A stretch of DNA of 64,000 nucleotides, from the NCBI GenBank assembly GCA_020891255.1, contig BQFW01000013.1:1550001-1614000 (forward strand), read 5' to 3'. A model generated the notes under the pieces. It was not told the DNA's origin. It did no database searches and saw only the letters and a list, made by a program, of their open reading frames with translations. This DNA is from Entomortierella parvispora E1425 (Eukaryota; Fungi; Mortierellomycota). Position numbers and translations under genes: made by a program. Shown one piece after another: positions 49,382-60,114 of this stretch (position 1 is the first letter of the stretch; each line of letters starts with the position of its first letter).

Positions 49382-50727
49382 TTAGCGCCTGAGGCTACGA
49401 GGCACGAGAATGGGGCTCGAGTGAGGTGAATGTGGCTTCACCCTCTCAGAGAACACGGCAGACCTGATGTTGCAGCTCATTGATGACCGTCTACGATCTC
49501 GAGAAAGTCTCGGTTGACTTAGGACTGGCGATCTGGAGAGGCTCTGGTCCCTCACCTTGATGGCTTCTTCAAAAAGATCCCACATCTCCTTCTCTGATAT
49601 GGGAGTCGACGGGGATGCTTGACCGTGGCCTTTGGTGTCCTCGGGGCGGTCATAAGGTTTTGGACGCTGCTGTGGAACCGACTCGTGAGATCTGCCTCCG
49701 TTGCCTTTGTTCTCTCCGCAATCTGCAACGACTTTGCGAGAGCGTCTTGGGATCGGCCAGACTTTGGCTTGGCTTGGGGTTGCGAACGCTGTAGAGGCAC
49801 CCTTGCTCTTGGGTCGATTGGGAGCTTGTGGAGATTGCTCTTGGACACGCGTGGGTTCGGGATGAGTGACGGGAGGTCGTGGATGGCTGACGGGATGTTG
49901 TGGATGACTGACGGGAGGTCGGGGATGATTGACAAAAGGTCGAGGCCCCCTTGGAGGACTGGGAACATTAACGCCGCCTGGACTTGAATACGGCTCTGAA
50001 AACAAATGCAATCGACGCTGCATCCATGGTTTCGGTGGAATGTTCCCGCGAGCAATCTCAAGTTCATGACGATGATGCCACCTCCAGTATACATCCACAG
50101 CTTTTTCAAGAGCTAGAATTCAAAGTCATGAAGAAAACAAAGGAACCGAAAAGGCCGTGTAAACATCCAGGTAGACAAGTGCAAAGTAGCAAGTTTTCAA
50201 GCAGCAGAACTACGAAAAAGAACTCCCCATATTTCAGTTTCAGCTTACAATGGATTTGGCACGAGAACTTGGTTCTGCAGCTTCCGCATTGCAACAAACC
50301 AGTCTTGTTCTTGGTATCCCTGATAATGTAGATCGCCATGGATATTTTCACCAACGGCAATTCGTTTTCCCAATCAACAACGATGCGAAGAAAAGAAATA
50401 GACGTTAATTTCTTTACTTTTTTTTTTTTTTTTTTTTTGAGGCGACTTATGAGTTAGGGGGCAGAAAGGAGGGGGGAGGGGGGAGAGAAAGATTGGCAGG
50501 CTTTTATGACGCGTTGCCGACTCTAGCTTGCAGCTTTAAGTACCGGTGGATAGCGATGAGGGTTGACCGTTAGACAAAGACAGTGCTTACTCGGTATAGG
50601 ATACAGTTTTTGTACCTCGGCAGCACAAGCAATTGAACTCGTTGTCTGGAGCTCGCATGTACGTTGCTTTCCGCTCTCTCTCTCGGGCTTGGAGTCGTTG
50701 GCGTGTAGGAGGTCTCCTTCTCGTCAT
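49382..50727 (-). CDS. Elf1/ELOF1-like zinc-ribbon protein with long Pro/basic C-terminal extension (~312 aa)
   Basis: Exons 50727-50591, 50319-50249, 50112-49382 are phase-consistent and give EFNCLCCRGTKTVSYTEDTKNKTGLLQCGSCRTKFSCQIHSLEKAVDVYWRW, like the Elf1 pattern FxCxxC…G.L.C..C…F…I..L…VDVY..W. Confidence 0.72.
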
Positions 50728-51204
50728 GGATGTGACCTTTTTTTGCAGACAAAAGTAGGATCAGCGGCGCGCGTGCAAGTTGTGAATTGCCAAATGTGAT
50801 ATAGGAAGAAATTAAGAACAGGAAGCGGTATTGATGATATTGGGCAGGGGATAAGGAGAACGCGAGGAGGTGAGAAGGAGAGAAGGAAAGAGAGAGGTCA
50901 ACGGAGACTGGAATATATAGAACTGGCCAAAGTAGCAAAGCGTCAAAGATATACTGGCAGGTTGGGAAACGAAAGGGGCTGGCATGGGAAAGATGACGAA
51001 AAGCCTTTGGTCCTTAGCCATTGTGGCGATCGGATAACCGACAAGGATAGGCGCCATTGTCGCTATTGCCGCCAAAACTCGATGCTTTCCATTGGACTTT
51101 GTTGTCAGGTGTATCCAGCTGTGGTATCAAAAAGTATCTAGCCGTGCAACTATCGTCTATTCGAGTTTTTATTGGAAACTAAAGATAAAGAGGACGAAAT
51201 GTTT

Positions 51205-52987
51205 TTAGAATAACCCATCTTCCTTGGCCTGTACAGTCGTCCGCAACTTGTCTTTGTACATGTCCAAGTCAACATAGCACCCTTTGAGGTGCCTCTTGCC
51301 CTTTGTAGGATCAAAAGCCGTGCGAGCGTGCAAGACTCTTCTGTTTGCAAACACCATGCATTCGCCTGGTCGCATTGTGTGTCGGTACTGAAGATCTGGT
51401 CGTTCGACATAACTGGCAAAGCGCTTCAACGCAGTATAAAACGGCTTGACCTCATCCGCAGGAAGCTCCAAGGGCCCTTGGAAAGGTGGAGAATAGTTGA
51501 CGGTGAGAGTATCATTCATAGAGTCCAGGGCGATGGTGGGTCGGTTGTAGTGGAGGTGATGATCCGCATTCCTGTAATGAAAGGTTGTGGGTGTCCTTGT
51601 CAAGATCTCAAAGTCCTGGGGATGCTCCTTCTTCAGCAGCTCTACTGCCTTGAACGAATCCATGAAAATCGAAGTTCCTCCAGGGACACTGTCGTGTATG
51701 AAAAGTAAACGCAAATATCAGTGACTGATGCACAATCCATTCAGGTACAAACATAATCCGGAACTCACCTGTTTTCCAGACTGTGAAGGAGCTGCAGACC
51801 TGGAGGGGCTTCCAAGTACCTGCAATGCAAAGCAAATATAGGATCTGTTGAGTGGATTGTTCATAAATGCACAATTACGGTTGTGGCGGCATGTGTGTGG
51901 TAACAAGAAGGACCACGTCTACTTACAAAAGATCCATGTGCAGACCCAGGTTCAGGTTGGTGTAGGCAATGTTCTTTGCTTCAGGAACGCTCTTGACATC
52001 CCAGGTCCGGCCATAAAAGGTGTGTCTCAGGTGTCCGATCCTCTCTGCTACGGTAGCCACCTCTTGGTCCTTGGTGGGTACATCTTTGAGGAAAAAGAGA
52101 CCGTAATCCTGCAATTGCTTCAGTCCCTTCAAGAGACCTTCGGGTGTGTTCATATACTCGTCATAGCTTAGCCAAAGTACGTTATCCTGCATGCTCTTGT
52201 CATCCCAGAGTACAGGCTGCTTGTTCCTCCGAGTTTCCCGTCTGTGATCCGAGGGGGAGCCGCCATAGGAGCCGAGAATCATTTCCCATGGGTATAAACT
52301 CTTGTGACCCGGCTTTGCCTTTGCGGGTTCTTCCCAGTCGCCCACGTCTTCCAGTCCTTTAGACCATGTCAGTTCGAGCCCCTCGGGGTAGATCTGAACT
52401 GAAGAGACCGTAATATCCAAAGGAACTTGTGATGAGGCGTGCAGCTTTTGTCGGGTGGAAGGGTGGATGCACTTTGGGCAAGGGCAGTTGTCTCGGAGCC
52501 AGATAGGGTTCAGGGTTGTGCTGGGATGGTGGGGTCGATAGAACTTTGAGGATTGAGGTGGGGTGACGATGACAGAGGCGCAATCCTGAGCGATGGTGAT
52601 GGTGGGCAGATCCGGTTGAGGTTGTCGCTGCAAGTCCAGTTCCTCGGCTGGGATGGAGAAGGGCGAAGGGACCGAGTTATGGAGGGACCGGGCAGTGGTT
52701 GTGTGGAACGGAGCCAGGCACGGAAGGGGTCGCTAATTATTGGTGCAAGAAATGGAGAGTTAGGTACTTCAGCAGGGACAGGAGGCCATAAATTAAAGTG
52801 GTGAAGGCAGTAGAGGATGCAATGGGAAACAAAACAGGCCATAGGGAGGCATAACTACAGACAAAAGAAGCAAGGAAAGAGAATCCAGAGAACTAACCGT
52901 GGGAAACAAAGGTCGCACTGCGGGGGAGTGCCTGGCCACCAGGGCGGAGTTTCTAGCGACAAGTCGTCTTGAAGAAGAGAAGAGCAT
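51205..52987 (-). CDS. Gamma-butyrobetaine dioxygenase-like Fe(II)/2-oxoglutarate dioxygenase (TauD/TfdA fold), probably mitochondrial
   Basis: Arg/Ser-rich presequence-like N-terminus, WLRDNCPCPKC zinc domain, H-x-D (GLHMD) and NRRVLHARTAF. Confidence 0.88.
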
Positions 52988-53459
52988 GGGAGGAAGAAGA
53001 AGAGATGAGGAGGAAGAGGGAGGGAATGAGGGCAGGAAGGAAGGAAGGAAGGAAGGAAGGAAGGAAGGAGGGAAGGGAGAGGGAGGGAGGGAGGAGGGCA
53101 AGAGAGAAAGAAGGAAAGAAGCGAGAGAAAGAAGGAAGGAGGGAAGGGAAAAGAAAGAAAGAAAGAAAGAAAGAAGCGCCAGGACAGAACGAGAATGTGG
53201 GGAGAAATGAATGAAAGAAAAGTGTGCAATTAGAGCAGGCCAGCTGGACCCACTTTCAGGGACAGGGATATACCCTTGCAGTACATAATGCATTGCATTG
53301 CATCCATGGCTACAGTATTCTCTTTTCTTTTCGTCTGTTTGCTTCTTTGGGTCAATCCATCTCTGCTCTTGTCATTGTCACTTGTCTCCGCTCACTCTCA
53401 TTCTTACCTCATCATCATCATCCCTGTCATCTTGGTCTACAGTACTCTCTCATTAGACA

Positions 53460-53530
53460 CTCACTCACTTACACACTCGCTTACTCACTCACTCACTCAC
53501 TCACTCACTCACTCACTCACTCACTCACTC
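53460..53530. repeat. (TCAC)n microsatellite immediately upstream of the PEN-2 ATG
   Basis: About 12 perfect tcac units plus degenerate flanks. Confidence 0.95.
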
Positions 53531-53551
53531 GCATTCACTCTCCTCAGCACC

Positions 53552-53987
53552 ATGGCAAAACCAATCGAAAGGATGGGTTCTCACGAGATCCTCGTCGTCA
53601 GCAGAAAACTCTTTTTGGGTGGGTTCTGTCTTTTGCCCTTCCTATGGGTCTTTAATATCCTCTACATCTGGCCTGTCCGCAACAGGCCTGACCTCAGTCC
53701 CCAGGTTCGCCGCTGTAAGTCAACCAACGCGGACTTATTCTTGTTTTTGGATCATGTGGCACATTGGGATTCTCAATGTCGTCGACTGGTGAACGCATGC
53801 ATGCATGTTCTCCCTCTCTAAATGGTTGTCGACTTTCTCTCCGCATGTAGACTTGATAATGTCTGGTGTCCTGTCGATTGCCATGTTTGTCATCTTTGCA
53901 ACTTGGTATGGTGTCTTTGTGGACCACAGACTCAATTGGGGTGCACGAGGAGACACCCTGACCGTGGTCCTGGTCAAGGGCGTTTGA
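53552..53987 (+). CDS. PSENEN: Gamma-secretase subunit PEN-2 (99 aa)
   Basis: Exons 53552-53714 and 53851-53987 give RKLFLGGFCLLPFLWVFNILY…WGARGDTLTVVLVKG. This matches PEN-2 GGFAFLPFLWLVN…WGALGDYL in pattern and length. Confidence 0.88.
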
Positions 53988-54859
53988 TCCAACATTTCGC
54001 TCGATACTCCCTTACAGGATTCAACCCTGTCTTTCTCTGTACCATATACCTTGACGTCCACAAACTACTTAGACTATGACCTCTTTCTCTCTTTCTCTCC
54101 TTCCGCCATTCCCTGTCTTTTTTCATTCCTACTGTCCTCACGCTGCCAGCTGCCTATTGCAATATACCCGTTTGTTCTTAAACGCTTTTGACCAAGACAA
54201 AGTACGCAGGCCACATCATACTTTGGCTGTATGTAAAGCAGTCGAGTGCCGATCGAGGAATGTTTTCCAATGACCACTCGTAAAGGAGCATGCAGTCTTC
54301 CCGTGGTTACTACCCGACTTGGTTCTGTGATATCCAAGGAAACTTTGTTTGTGTGGGTAGAATGACAATCGACGCAAATGGATAAGAGAGGATAAGAGAA
54401 ATGGAACTCGTGGAGAGAAAGATGCAGGAGTAAACGGGACAGTTGGATTGCAAAAAACTGCACGCTGGTAAGCTGCACATTTGAGTGATAGTTCTTGGGG
54501 GCTTCTTGAGACTCCAAAAAAAAACCCCCCCGGATAATGGCATCGTCAAACTATGTGGTCCGTGTGTAGTTTTGAGCATGCCAACGCTATTCTGGCGGTT
54601 CTTGTCTTTGGATGGTGTGGATGCATGCGGATTAAACCATTACAGTGCACCGCTTTGCTGTTTGCACTCTTCAACAACCTGTCTGGATTGGGCAACAAGA
54701 ACGACACACACCTTCAACTCAAGATTGGTCTGTTGCTTTCCTTTTCTTTTTTAATTTTTTTTTAATTCAGGTCAAGGTGGAGATATAAGCAAGCTTAGCT
54801 TAAAGTATGGCTGTGCTGTGGAGAGGAGCTACTGCACATGCTCATGATGGAAAAGAGTG

Positions 54860-56509
54860 CTATTCTCCATCATTCTCGCTCTCGCTTCCACTGTCCTCTT
54901 CATCGTCGCTCTCCTCATCATCCTCGTCGTCACTGCCGTCGTCGCTCCAGTTGTCATCACTCTCGTATGACACATGGGCCTGCTCAAGTAAACTTGCCGC
55001 GTCTTCATCCATGCTAAACCCGCGAAGTGAATCCAGTTTTGGCCAAAATCTCTGCATCCATTGCACTTCCTCCATCCCCCAAATAGGCCCGTTTGTGTTG
55101 TGGACGGCAAAGCTCCTCAATCGCCCAAGAGTTCGCAACCGATCCAGTCCACCATCCAACTCCAAACGATAACCAATCGTCCCCGACGCGTTCAACGCCG
55201 CGCAAAGACAACAGGTCTCCAGTCGAACCAGTTCCGAAAGCCGCTTCATAAACATTCGCTGTGCCCTGGACGATATCTGCTCGACATCCACTGCCAGCAC
55301 CTTGAGTCCCCGACATGCCCAGGGCCGATTAAAGTCGCCAAGGACATGCTCATCCTTGAGATATCCATCCGCATAGAGAACTTCTAGATTGGGCATCATG
55401 GTCAACATCTCTACGACCTCTGCCCCCTGGAGCAATCGACAGGAATCCAATGTCAGCTCGGTGATGGCGTGCAAATGTCTGGGGAACAGTCGCATGGTCA
55501 TCCACGACGGTCGACTGAAATTCGTACTACTCAAGTCGAGTTTCTTGATCCGAGGTACAGTGCTGAGGAAATAGCGAAACACTTCTGGGCGAAAGGTCTG
55601 GTACGGTAGAGCCAATGACTGTAGTCCAGATCTGTCCATGATGGTCTGCTCAATTTCAAATGCTAACCATCGCATAGGTGAGAATGTGTCGGGCATGGAA
55701 GAACAACATTGTAGATGGATCAATTGGGGGCTTTGCTGAACCATCCAACCGTAGAGGGTCATGTTCCTATCGTCATCAAACGTAAGCCGTTGGATGCGCG
55801 AGGGTCCCATCCGGATAGCACATTGCTCCATGATCTCTGAAGAAGGCACTTGAGACATCCGATGGACCGATCCTCTGAAAGACACGACCTCCAGCCGAGA
55901 CCAAAGTCTTTCGTACGCTTCCAGAAAGTGGGTGGCATTGCTCATTCCTCCCGACTCCATACATTTCAATTGCGGACAATGCGTCAGTGCCTCGATGAGC
56001 TCTTGGGTAGCTCTTCCGGAAAAGGTCAGACACCGGAGTGTTTGTCGATGTCGAAGGACAATGTTCACAAGAGAGTTGGCGAACCCGCGCCGACCCTGTT
56101 GAACGGTCAAGTGAGACAAGTTAGGACAGAAGAGCGGAAACTTTTCACTACCCTCTCTCCAGAGATGGTCCAAGTTCCAGAATTCGAGATGGTTCCTGTC
56201 GCTCACGATTTTCAGCCTTCGAACGTGCACTGAATGGGTCCTGAAGGCGAGGGGAGAGGGTATTTTGGGGGGGCATCTGAAATTGAGGTGGAGGTCGGCC
56301 CATATCTGGGGGGTGAGTGTTTTCTGCCACTGTCGCGAAACACGGATGCAGACCGTCAAGGTGTGCAGATCCAAGTACTGGCCGAGTTCGAGGAGGATTT
56401 CGGGAACATCGAAAGGGTTGCGTTGACGGTGTCCTTGTCTCGAGAGATAGCCTGGCTGCTCTATCAGACGGCTGCTTCGGCGAAGAATAGGTCGTGGATG
56501 ACGCGCCAT
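54860..56509 (-). CDS. F-box-like / RNI-type LRR protein, intronless, acidic C-terminus
   Basis: NPFDVPEILLELGQYLDLHTLTVCIRVSRQW F-box, followed by LxxLxL repeats and WACRGLKVL. This is typical of families expanded in Mortierellaceae. Confidence 0.85.
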   Translation of the reverse strand: MARHPRPILRRSSRLIEQPGYLSRQGHRQRNPFDVPEILLELGQYLDLHTLTVCIRVSRQWQKTLTPQIWADLHLNFRCPPKIPSPLAFRTHSVHVRRLKIVSDRNHLEFWNLDHLWREGSEKFPLFCPNLSHLTVQQGRRGFANSLVNIVLRHRQTLRCLTFSGRATQELIEALTHCPQLKCMESGGMSNATHFLEAYERLWSRLEVVSFRGSVHRMSQVPSSEIMEQCAIRMGPSRIQRLTFDDDRNMTLYGWMVQQSPQLIHLQCCSSMPDTFSPMRWLAFEIEQTIMDRSGLQSLALPYQTFRPEVFRYFLSTVPRIKKLDLSSTNFSRPSWMTMRLFPRHLHAITELTLDSCRLLQGAEVVEMLTMMPNLEVLYADGYLKDEHVLGDFNRPWACRGLKVLAVDVEQISSRAQRMFMKRLSELVRLETCCLCAALNASGTIGYRLELDGGLDRLRTLGRLRSFAVHNTNGPIWGMEEVQWMQRFWPKLDSLRGFSMDEDAASLLEQAHVSYESDDNWSDDGSDDEDDEESDDEEDSGSESENDGE

Positions 56510-57060
56510 AGTTCCTGCTGGCGTGCTAAAATTGTGGGAAGGGGGTATAGAGTGGGTGGTTAATAACTCAGGACAGAGCAAAGAGGGAACGTGGAAAGAG
56601 ACAAGATTGAGAGGGAAAGCTACCTCAGTAGCAATCTATCATTTATACTCAAACTGAATTTTTTCTCGGAGGAAGGAATAGCGCGGATATGTGGACAATG
56701 AGCAAAGTGGACAATAGGACTTTAGTACTGAAGTGGGAATTCTGTTATTCCATGTACCATTAATATGCCCATCACAAGCTACGATGAACAACTCTCCGAG
56801 AACGCCACAATCGAGCGACACAAATACCCAGTCTTTGTGTCCAAGGTGTGGAGTATGGCTGGCTCCCTTAGCAAGAGAATAAAGAGAATAAATCAGTCAT
56901 TTGAACAAAGAACCACAGTCGCAGATATTCGTTTTGTAGGCATCTTGCATCGATTCTTGCTATCTGGCTGCTCTAAATGTTTATTCTCTTTGACAAAGAC
57001 GCGAATGGGAGCTTGAGGGATAATTTTTCCCCCTCTTTTTTTTCCTTTTCTTTTTTTTTT

Positions 57061-57108
57061 GTTGATGTTGTTGTCGTTGTTGTCGTTGTTGTCGTTGTTG
57101 TCGTTGTT
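57061..57108. repeat. (GTTGTCGTT)n short tandem repeat
   Basis: About 5 units of 9 bp in the intergenic region. Confidence 0.85.
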
Positions 57109-58243
57109 TCAAGCAACAATAGGTAAAGCGGAAGGCATAGGCGCACTTCCTTTACATTTAATCTTGTCGTCTTGTTCCGAACTCAAATATCTGGCCATTA
57201 ATTTTGACCAAGGACGCGACAAGATCGCGGATATCCTCCATCATACCGTAGGCCAAGAGAGAGATCTCGATCTGGGGAGGAAACCCAGGCGCTAAAAAAG
57301 GAGAAAGAGATACCTACACCATCAAAAATCAAGAGTGCATTGAATGGTGTAGGTCTGTAGGTTTTAAAGAAAATTGAGGCAAGACGTATAGTTCCTGCCA
57401 AAAGAGGGGCCCTCGCCGATGCAAGCTTCCTGATTCCTGCCCTCCTCGAGCTAGTCTTCTATGGAGCTTTAAGAGTGTGAGGCGCTGACAGATGGTTCTT
57501 GCTAAAGATGCGCCCCCTCACCACTTCAGTCTTTAGAAAGCTCGCCCCCTGATTCCTACCTCTTTTGAGACAGTCGTCTTTCTCCTCCTTCAAGACCACT
57601 TTATCTACACCGAGCGCGAAGGTGACACCTTAACTGTGGGCATGAATATGCACCATTCCCCTGCCCCCCTCCTTTTTTTGTGAAGGAAAAAAAAAAGTTC
57701 AAGGGTAACATTGTAACAGCGTCACAGTCAATGCAAACCTGTAAAGGAGATTCACATATCTCCACACGGCACAAGAATAGGATACTCTCAAAGATAGGCC
57801 TTGAAAAGGATAGAGCGCGTCAGGGGGCCAGTCAATGACGCGACAAGATCGCGCTTGTGGTTGTACACCCTTTTCTTTCTTCCATGACATTGACATCCTC
57901 TCCTTGTGTGACGATTAAGGTTGAACGGCTAAGGAGCGTGGTACCTTAAAAGGAGAAACAGTGCATCTTGAACGAAAGTGCCTAGGTCTCCGCCTTTCTT
58001 GTCAAAACTGTGGCCAAGATGGCGAATTTAGATCTCCTTTCTAACCCAAAGACCCTCCACAATGTCTTTTCTATCTTCCAACTCGTATTGTTGCATGCGT
58101 ACTCCTTTTAGAGCCACAAAGTGGTGTTGCTTCTCCCACAAGAGGACATATTTCCCCTTTCCTGTTGACATTGGATAACTAGCCTTTCTTTATTCGACTA
58201 CACCTGTTCTTTCTTTCAAATGGGGGGGGGGGTTGTGTTCCAG

Positions 58244-59305
58244 CTAGTTTGCTTGGCTGTCGGTGAACGACGTTGTGGCAATACCGACTTGGTTGGTGCC
58301 TGCATTAAAAACGGTGTAGAACCGCTGGAGAACTCTGTACCCAATAGTAAAGTCGAACCCTTGTCCGCTGCTGGACCCATGGTCCGTGACGACCAAATAG
58401 ATGGTCCCTTCTACACCACCGATCTCCGAGTTCTTCGATCTGGGCCAAATAAGTCCATTGGGTGGGATACTGATGGAGCCTCCACTGAACTGCAAGACAA
58501 GTGGCTGCATGGCCGCATACTGCTCATCGGTGACGGTCAAGAGACCTGTGACAGTATCTTCTGCTGCACCAGTTTGTTGTTTGAACGCTGTAAAGCCATT
58601 GGTCGCAAGGGTAAGAGCGGTGGTGGCGTAATCTATAATCCCGGCAGTCTGTGCCAGCAAAACAGTGTCGCCATAGCTAAAAGCCGCGTTGATGCCCCAA
58701 TAATCGCTGGCGGGTGATGTATCGGTGACAGGGATGCAATAAATGTCGCCTGTAAATTTAGTCGGGTCCACCTCGCCAAAAGTGATATCACCACTCACTT
58801 CGTCGCTTCCAGCGATTGACTGAAAAGAGATGGCAAAAACATCTTCGGTAATGATGCCCTGTTTGAATAGATTGTCGGCGACGGTAGGTATCTCTCCACC
58901 CGACGAGACAGTTCCCGCGGATAGGCGAGTGGGGCCCAAACCCAAGACACCGTCCTGGTCTTGGAAGTTTTGCGCCGTGCCAACTCCAAAGCTTTGAAGA
59001 GACACCGTTGCCGTCCCTAGTACAACATCGTCTGTATATTCCGTTCCCGTGAAGGTGTACCCATAGTACGACACAGTGACCGTGCTACCGGTATCTTTGC
59101 TCTGGGGTCCAGGCTTGTAAGGATTTTCATTCCCTATCCACGTATTAGCTGAGGCAGTGTCGACAAGGAGAGAGTACGTTCCAGCGCCCACGTCAACTGT
59201 GATTTCACCATGGGTTTGAGCGTCAGTGAAAGGGACGCTGACAGAGGCTGCCTGAATGGCTCCCGCCATCATGAGCGTAAGCGTGGCGATCGAGAGTAAT
59301 GTCAT
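58244..59305 (-). CDS. Secreted pepsin-fold (A1) aspartic-protease-like protein, polyporopepsin-like, non-canonical active site
   Basis: Intronless 353-aa ORF with a signal peptide, YSLLVDTASANTW, DGVLGLGP, SPASDYWGIN, AGIIDYATT, DFTIGYRVLQRFYTVF. Confidence 0.88.
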   Translation of the reverse strand: MTLLSIATLTLMMAGAIQAASVSVPFTDAQTHGEITVDVGAGTYSLLVDTASANTWIGNENPYKPGPQSKDTGSTVTVSYYGYTFTGTEYTDDVVLGTATVSLQSFGVGTAQNFQDQDGVLGLGPTRLSAGTVSSGGEIPTVADNLFKQGIITEDVFAISFQSIAGSDEVSGDITFGEVDPTKFTGDIYCIPVTDTSPASDYWGINAAFSYGDTVLLAQTAGIIDYATTALTLATNGFTAFKQQTGAAEDTVTGLLTVTDEQYAAMQPLVLQFSGGSISIPPNGLIWPRSKNSEIGGVEGTIYLVVTDHGSSSGQGFDFTIGYRVLQRFYTVFNAGTNQVGIATTSFTDSQAN

Positions 59306-60114
59306 GCTAATAGAAGAGTGGTATCAAGGATGGGAAGAACACTCGACACTCTTGGCTTTGGATATGGAGGGGAATGGATGATGTTTGAAAAATGGATCTT
59401 TTTTGTTTTGAAGAAACGTTTTTATACAAACCATTGACAAGGAACAAAAACCCTGCCCCTTGCCTTTTTGCTCATTGGTTTTCTACTGCCTCAACATTGT
59501 TAAAAAGACGGAGGCAATTGTGCCGTTCAGGAGGTCGATCCAGGGAGGAGGGGTGTCATCAGGAGCCCCCAAAGAGGTGAGTATGTATCTGCGCACGAAA
59601 GGAAGGGTTAAAAGGAGTGATGTAGCTCGCCAAAAGATGAGCCCTTCCCCGATTCAACCTGTAGGGAGCTCCCTGACTCCTACATATTCCGATACAGTCT
59701 CTTCCTCCTTTTTAAAGACCCTGCTGGTGAGGGAATGGCGACTTGGATGGTGACACTCCAGTCGTAGGTTTGAACTTGCCCTCATTTTCCATTTTCCTTT
59801 TTTTTTTTTTTAGTATTCATCACAGCAACAGATAACAGTCAGACAGAGGGGAAAACCACATTAGTGGCCATTATCCGTTCTCTGGTCAAGTATACTTTTT
59901 AAATATCCAGCCATGAGTAGGAGAGATCGCGTCAGGGATCAGCCAAAGACGCGACAAGATCACGCTTCACAGAATCGGCGATCGACCCCTTCTTTTTTGT
60001 TGAGGAATAAACATGGAAGCTGATGGCCCGTAGACTGTATCCTTGCTACGGTGGGAGTGTTGACCATCAAAAAAGGTACGTAGGGTATAGGCTATTTTGT
60101 TGTCAAATATATAT

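Noticed and set aside
44146-53987. MFS transporter + dioxygenase + tRNA synthetase as a secondary-metabolite or carnitine gene cluster
   Set aside because: There is no backbone synthase, HisRS looks like the ordinary housekeeping enzyme, and unrelated genes are interspersed.
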